From: an uncultured Bacillota bacterium
GTDB lineage: Bacteria > Sysuimicrobiota > Sysuimicrobiia > Sysuimicrobiales > Segetimicrobiaceae
DNA length: 64,000 nt
Direction of reading: 5' to 3'
Assembly: GCA_963804645.1 (NCBI GenBank)
Contig: CAWDRG010000019.1
Location: 64,001-128,000 of the forward strand
Below the pieces are notes generated by a model. That model saw only the letters and a list, made by a program, of their open reading frames with translations. It was not told the DNA's origin and did not search any database. Of this stretch, positions 59,990 to 64,000 are shown one piece after another; the stretch's first letter is position 1, and each line of letters opens with the position of its first letter. Made by a program: the position numbers and the translations under genes.

Positions 59990-61413
59990 TGTATTAGCTC
60001 CATGACTTTGTCACCCCTTAACGGCTCAGTGATTCTGTCACCCTGGGAGGATGACCAGGGAGACGATCACCTTGACCAAGCAGGAGCAACAGCGTGCACA
60101 TGTACTGTCTAAGGTGCAGGAGGGCACTCTTACGGCCAGTGCGGCGGCGAGCCTCATGAGCCTGTCGGTGCGGCACGTCCGGCGGTTGCTGGCGGAGGTG
60201 CGGGCGCAGGGACCCGCCGCCTTGGCCCACGGGAATCGCGGGTGCGTGTCCCACCGGCGCTTGTCCGACGCCGTACGGACCCAGGTCGTGACCTTGGCCC
60301 GCACGACCTATGCCGGCATCAATGATCATCAGCTCACCGAGCTCCTGCGGGAACGGGAAGCCCTCACCGTCTCGCGGCCCTCGGTCCAGCGCCTGCTGCG
60401 CGAAGCTGGCATCGGGAGTCCGCGGACCCGCCGCCCGCCTCGCCATCGCCGCCGCCGCGAGCGGATGCCGCAAGCCGGCTTGCTCATTCAGATGGACGGC
60501 AGTCACCACCCGTGGCTGGAGGACCGCGGGCCCCGCCTCGTCCTGCTCGCCGCGATCGATGATGCGACGGGCGAATTGCTCGGCGGCATCTTTCGCGAGG
60601 AAGAGGACTCGCACGGCTACCTGCTACTCCTCCGCCAGCTGATCACGCGCTATGGCGTGCCTGCGGCCATCTACACTGATCGTCACGGCATTTTCCATCG
60701 CGATCCCCGCACGCCCCTGACGGTCGCGGAGGAGCTCGAGGGACGACTGGAATCCACCCAGGTCGGCCGCGCGATGCAAGAATTGGGCCTCAAGTGGATC
60801 CCGGCCAATTCGCCGCAGGCGAAAGGTCGAGTAGAACGGCTCTTCGGCACGCTGCAAGATCGCTTGGTCGTCGAGCTGCGACTCGCGGGCGCGCAAACGG
60901 GCGCGCAGGCCCAGCGGGTCTTCAACCGCTTTCGACGGCGGTTCAACGCCCGCTTTGCCCACGCGCCCGCAGACGCCACACCGGCGTGGCGCCCCGCGCC
61001 GCCAGATCTGGAGCAGGTCTGTTGTTTCAAGCACGAGCGCAAGGTCCAGCACGACAATACCGTCCAACTGCAGGGCCGGTGGCTGCAACTGCGCCCCGGC
61101 CCCAACGGCCGCAGCTACGCCGGCCTCCGCGTGACCGTTCGAGCGCACTTGAACGGCACGCTCGCCGTCGTCTATCGGGGACAGCCACTGGCCGTCCGGA
61201 CGTTGTCGCACGCTCCGCGCCGGGCCACGGCGAGCCACAGCGCCACCACCGCCCAGCCCGCGGCGGCGGCCCCCGCGCCGCGCACTCCAACCGTCCCGTC
61301 GTCCACCCACCCCTGGCGACGGATGATCCAAGACGACATCTACAGGCAGCGCTTGCTCCAGAGGTGACATTTTCACAAATCCGTTAGGGTGACAGGATTA
61401 CTGAGCTATGACA
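59990..61413 (+). mobile_element. IS1202-like / ISNCY element A with a long target duplication
   Basis: IRs TGTATTAGCTCCATGACTTTGTCACCC and (reverse complement) TGTCATAGCTCAGTAATCCTGTCACCC; flanks GAGT(C)CGAATCACGCCA at 59974-59989 and 61414-61430. Confidence 0.88.
60051..61367 (+). CDS. DDE transposase, IS1202/IS481-like
   Basis: N-terminal HTH, IQMDGSHH.W, YTDRH, SPQAKGRVER, C-terminal HPWRR. Confidence 0.9.
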   Translation: MTRETITLTKQEQQRAHVLSKVQEGTLTASAAASLMSLSVRHVRRLLAEVRAQGPAALAHGNRGCVSHRRLSDAVRTQVVTLARTTYAGINDHQLTELLREREALTVSRPSVQRLLREAGIGSPRTRRPPRHRRRRERMPQAGLLIQMDGSHHPWLEDRGPRLVLLAAIDDATGELLGGIFREEEDSHGYLLLLRQLITRYGVPAAIYTDRHGIFHRDPRTPLTVAEELEGRLESTQVGRAMQELGLKWIPANSPQAKGRVERLFGTLQDRLVVELRLAGAQTGAQAQRVFNRFRRRFNARFAHAPADATPAWRPAPPDLEQVCCFKHERKVQHDNTVQLQGRWLQLRPGPNGRSYAGLRVTVRAHLNGTLAVVYRGQPLAVRTLSHAPRRATASHSATTAQPAAAAPAPRTPTVPSSTHPWRRMIQDDIYRQRLLQR

Positions 61414-61418
61414 GAGTC

Positions 61419-62848
61419 CGAATCACGCCATCTAAAATCTTACCGGGGCCCCGATCGTCGCGCCATCGAGAATCTTACCAGCGTTACACTCATCTTACGC
61501 CCCGGGAGGCCGCAGTGACTCCTCGATCCAGACGGGAATATGCCGCGATCATCCGCGAGCGCTATGCCAAGGCGACCCGCGAGGCGAAGCAGCGGATCCT
61601 CGACGAATTCTGCGCCACGACCAAGTACCATCGAAAATATGCGATTGCGGTGCTGGGGCATGCCCCTACACCGGCGGCCGCCCCACGGCGACGGCGACGC
61701 CCCACGTACGGCGCCCAGACGATCTCCGTACTCGCCACGATTTGGGAGGCGGCCAGCTATCCATGGTCGGCGCGGCTCAAAGCGCTCTTGCCGCTCTGGC
61801 TGCCCTGGGCGACACGCCACCTGCCCATCGCGCCCGGCGTGGAGCGGCAGTTGCGTCGGCTCAGCGCCCGGACCATGGACCGCCGCCTCGCCACGAAGAA
61901 ACGGCGCCTGCAGCGGCGCTTCTACGGCCGCACTAAGCCGGGGACCCTGCTCAAGCACCACATCGCCATCAAGACCGAGCATTGGGAGGTGAGTACGCCA
62001 GGCTTCACCGAGATCGACTTGGTCTCCCACTCGGGCAATGCCGCCGACGGCGACTTCCTCCAGTCGCTCAATCTCACGGATATCCACACCGGCTGGGTCG
62101 AAACGCGGGCCGTCATGGGCAAGGGACAAACGGCCGTCCGCGCGGCCTTGGAGGAGTTGCGGCAGGCCCTGCCGTTTCCCCTGCGCGGCATCGACTCTGA
62201 CAATGGCTCCGAGTTTATCAACAATCATCTCGTGCGCTACTGTGCCGATCGGAAGATTCAATTCACCCGCGGCCGCCCCTACAAAAAGGACGACAATGCC
62301 CACATTGAACAAAAGAACTACACGCATGTCCGCAAGCTGATGGGCTGGGAGCGCTACGATTCGCCGCACGCCCGCGCCCGCATGAATGACCTGTATCAGC
62401 ACGAAGTGCGGCTCATGATGAATCTCTATCAACCGTCCGTGAAGCTGCTCCGCAAGGAGCGCATCGGGTCCCGGCTCACGCGGCGCTATGATGCCCCCAA
62501 GACCCCGCTCGATCGCCTGGCGGCTACGCCGGGCGTCGACGCGGCCACCATCCGCGCGCTCCACCAGCTCCGTGCCCAACTCGACCCGTTCGCGTTGGCC
62601 GCCGCGATCGATCAGAAACTCAGCGTCATTCACCAGGCTGCCAATCATCGCCTCAGTCCCCGCGATGCCACCATGCCGCCCCCGGCCGTCACACCGTCCG
62701 TTCGCGCCACCCATGCTCCTCACCGCTGGGACCACAACTGGTTCTTCCCGAAGGCGGTCGCCCAACGTCGCGGCGGCCGCACTCTGGTAAGAACTTAAAT
62801 GGCGCGATGATACCTTCCCGGGTAAGATTCCTTAATGGCTTGACGGGG
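61419..62848 (+). mobile_element. DDE insertion sequence B, a diverged relative of 7090-8511
   Basis: Left end CGAATCACGCCATCTAAAATCTTACC; right end GGTAAGATTCCTTAATGGCTTGAC; flanked by GAGTC on both sides. Confidence 0.88.
61515..62798 (+). CDS. DDE transposase B
   Basis: GFTEIDLVSH, IDSDNGSEF, DNAHIEQKN; GTG after GGAGG. Confidence 0.9.
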   Translation: MTPRSRREYAAIIRERYAKATREAKQRILDEFCATTKYHRKYAIAVLGHAPTPAAAPRRRRRPTYGAQTISVLATIWEAASYPWSARLKALLPLWLPWATRHLPIAPGVERQLRRLSARTMDRRLATKKRRLQRRFYGRTKPGTLLKHHIAIKTEHWEVSTPGFTEIDLVSHSGNAADGDFLQSLNLTDIHTGWVETRAVMGKGQTAVRAALEELRQALPFPLRGIDSDNGSEFINNHLVRYCADRKIQFTRGRPYKKDDNAHIEQKNYTHVRKLMGWERYDSPHARARMNDLYQHEVRLMMNLYQPSVKLLRKERIGSRLTRRYDAPKTPLDRLAATPGVDAATIRALHQLRAQLDPFALAAAIDQKLSVIHQAANHRLSPRDATMPPPAVTPSVRATHAPHRWDHNWFFPKAVAQRRGGRTLVRT

Positions 62849-62865
62849 GAGTCCGAATCAACTCA

Positions 62866-62980
62866 TGTAATAGGTCAATGAATTTGTCACCCGGTAACGG
62901 GCCAGTGATTCTGTCACCCTGGAATAATGAACAGGGAGACGATCACCGTGTTACGGTGACAGGATTACTGAGCTATGACA
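62866..62980 (+). mobile_element. 115-bp non-autonomous derivative C of the element A type
   Basis: A-like left end plus the first codons (MNRETIT) joined to a right end identical to A's terminal GGTGACAGGATTACTGAGCTATGACA. Confidence 0.8.
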
Positions 62981-63055
62981 GAGTGCGAAGTGCCTGGTAG
63001 TGTCCTAATTTGGTTGCTCCTATTTCTTAGTCGGGGATTAGCGCGGGACGGACCG

Positions 63056-63247
63056 TTACCCGCGTGGGCGGCGCCGCCGGTATGCGCTGAACCCGGCGAG
63101 GCCGATGGCCAGCAGCAGGAGTAACCCGGTGACGACGGTTTGGGACTGGTGGGTGGTCGGAGTGGCCAGCGCAGAAACCGCCGCAATCCCTAGCACCACC
63201 AATGCCAAGACGATGCCAAGCAGCCACCAGCGATTCATCGCGGTCAT
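63056..63247 (-). CDS. Small two-TM membrane protein
   Basis: 63 aa, two hydrophobic helices, basic tail, GGAGG RBS. Confidence 0.55.
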   Translation of the reverse strand: MTAMNRWWLLGIVLALVVLGIAAVSALATPTTHQSQTVVTGLLLLLAIGLAGFSAYRRRRPRG

Positions 63248-63316
63248 ACTAACGCCTCCTACTCTATGCTGCCGGTTCGATGTCCGTGATTCCAACGACG
63301 GCATCGTACAATTTGC

Positions 63317-63630
63317 TCATGTTCCACGTGTACGTTTCCAGCCCTGCCGCGACCGCGGGACGACTTTGAGCGTCGAATGCACCCGCACGACGTTGTAGTG
63401 GGCGAAGTGTAATGTCAGGGCGCTCTTGAGATTGCAGAGCCTCTTCGAGAAGGCGTTCGTTCGCCGCGTGAACCGACGTACCTGCATCCGAATCGTGAGG
63501 TTCTGGCGCTCGACGTAGGATGTCGAGATGTCTTGAAAATCGGGGTTCCCAACGATCGGCGCCGGAATCGCCTGGGTGATCCGTGGTCGACAGTACCGCG
63601 CTTCGTCGGCGACCTCCGCGCCGCAGAGTT
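63317..63630 (-). pseudogene. IS1-family transposase fragment
   Basis: ISTSYVERQNLTIRM..RRFTR.TNAFSK, HFAHYN..RVH.TL; no N-terminus. Confidence 0.8.
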
Positions 63631-63631
63631 T

Positions 63632-64000
63632 CACTGGTTTCACGCGATGCGCGGGCTGCACCACCGCGAGCCGGGCGCGGCAGGCGCCGCGCTCTTGATC
63701 CGCGGGCTCACGGTGAGCGTGATCGCCGACCGGGTGCACGTGCACCCCGCGGTGCTGCGGCTGATCGCGCGCACGGCGGGGACCGGCCGGATCGCGCTTG
63801 TCACGGACGCAGTGTCCGCGGCGGGCATGGAGCGCGGCTTGTACACGCTGGGCGCGGAGACGATCGATGTGCGGGACGGCGCATCGCGGCTGCCGGACGA
63901 AACGCTCGCGGGCAGCGTGCTGCGCCTGGACCGGGCGGTGCGCAACTTCGCGGCGGACGCGGAGGTCAGCATCCGCGAGGTGGTGCAGGCGGCGACGCTC
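63632..64000 (+). pseudogene. nagA: N-acetylglucosamine-6-phosphate deacetylase, 5'-truncated and running off the window
   Basis: FHAMRGLHHREPG, IADRVHVHP, LVTDA, LAGSVL; the upstream half is replaced by the IS1 remnant. Confidence 0.8.

Noticed and set aside
59974..62997. CRISPR array or integron suggested by recurring GAGTC-CGAATCA
   Set aside because: The repeats are target duplications and IS ends separated by whole elements; no cas or integrase gene and no regular spacing.

Overview
High-GC bacterial chromosomal window. It holds a partial A-T-TE NRPS-like gene, a run of secreted or envelope proteins, a long catabolic region (two family-5 peptide/opine-type ABC systems, iolB, sugar-phosphate isomerases, an enolase-superfamily dehydratase, tcuAB, amidohydrolases, M24 peptidases, an acyl-CoA ligase and a thioesterase), tRNA-His, groEL with a CIRCE operator, DUF881 and a 5'-truncated nagA. 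The most unusual biology is in the mobile DNA. (1) Two different DDE transposase types insert immediately upstream of sigma70-type -35 boxes (TTGACA, 18-bp spacer, -10 box) at three separate promoters; at one promoter at least three elements, and probably four events, are stacked with the youngest nearest the promoter. (2) A nested IS110 locus at 48.8-52.0 kb: one IS110 carries a bridge-RNA-like loop whose guides match, and whose insertion splits, the putative donor-guide segment of another IS110's bridge RNA. The host IS110 also carries a symmetric 250-bp foldback MITE and a frameshift. A candidate ~155-nt structured sRNA and a short terminator-containing leader lie downstream of two of the targeted promoters. 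All calls were made by eye from motifs; no searches or folding programs were run, and start codons are best estimates.
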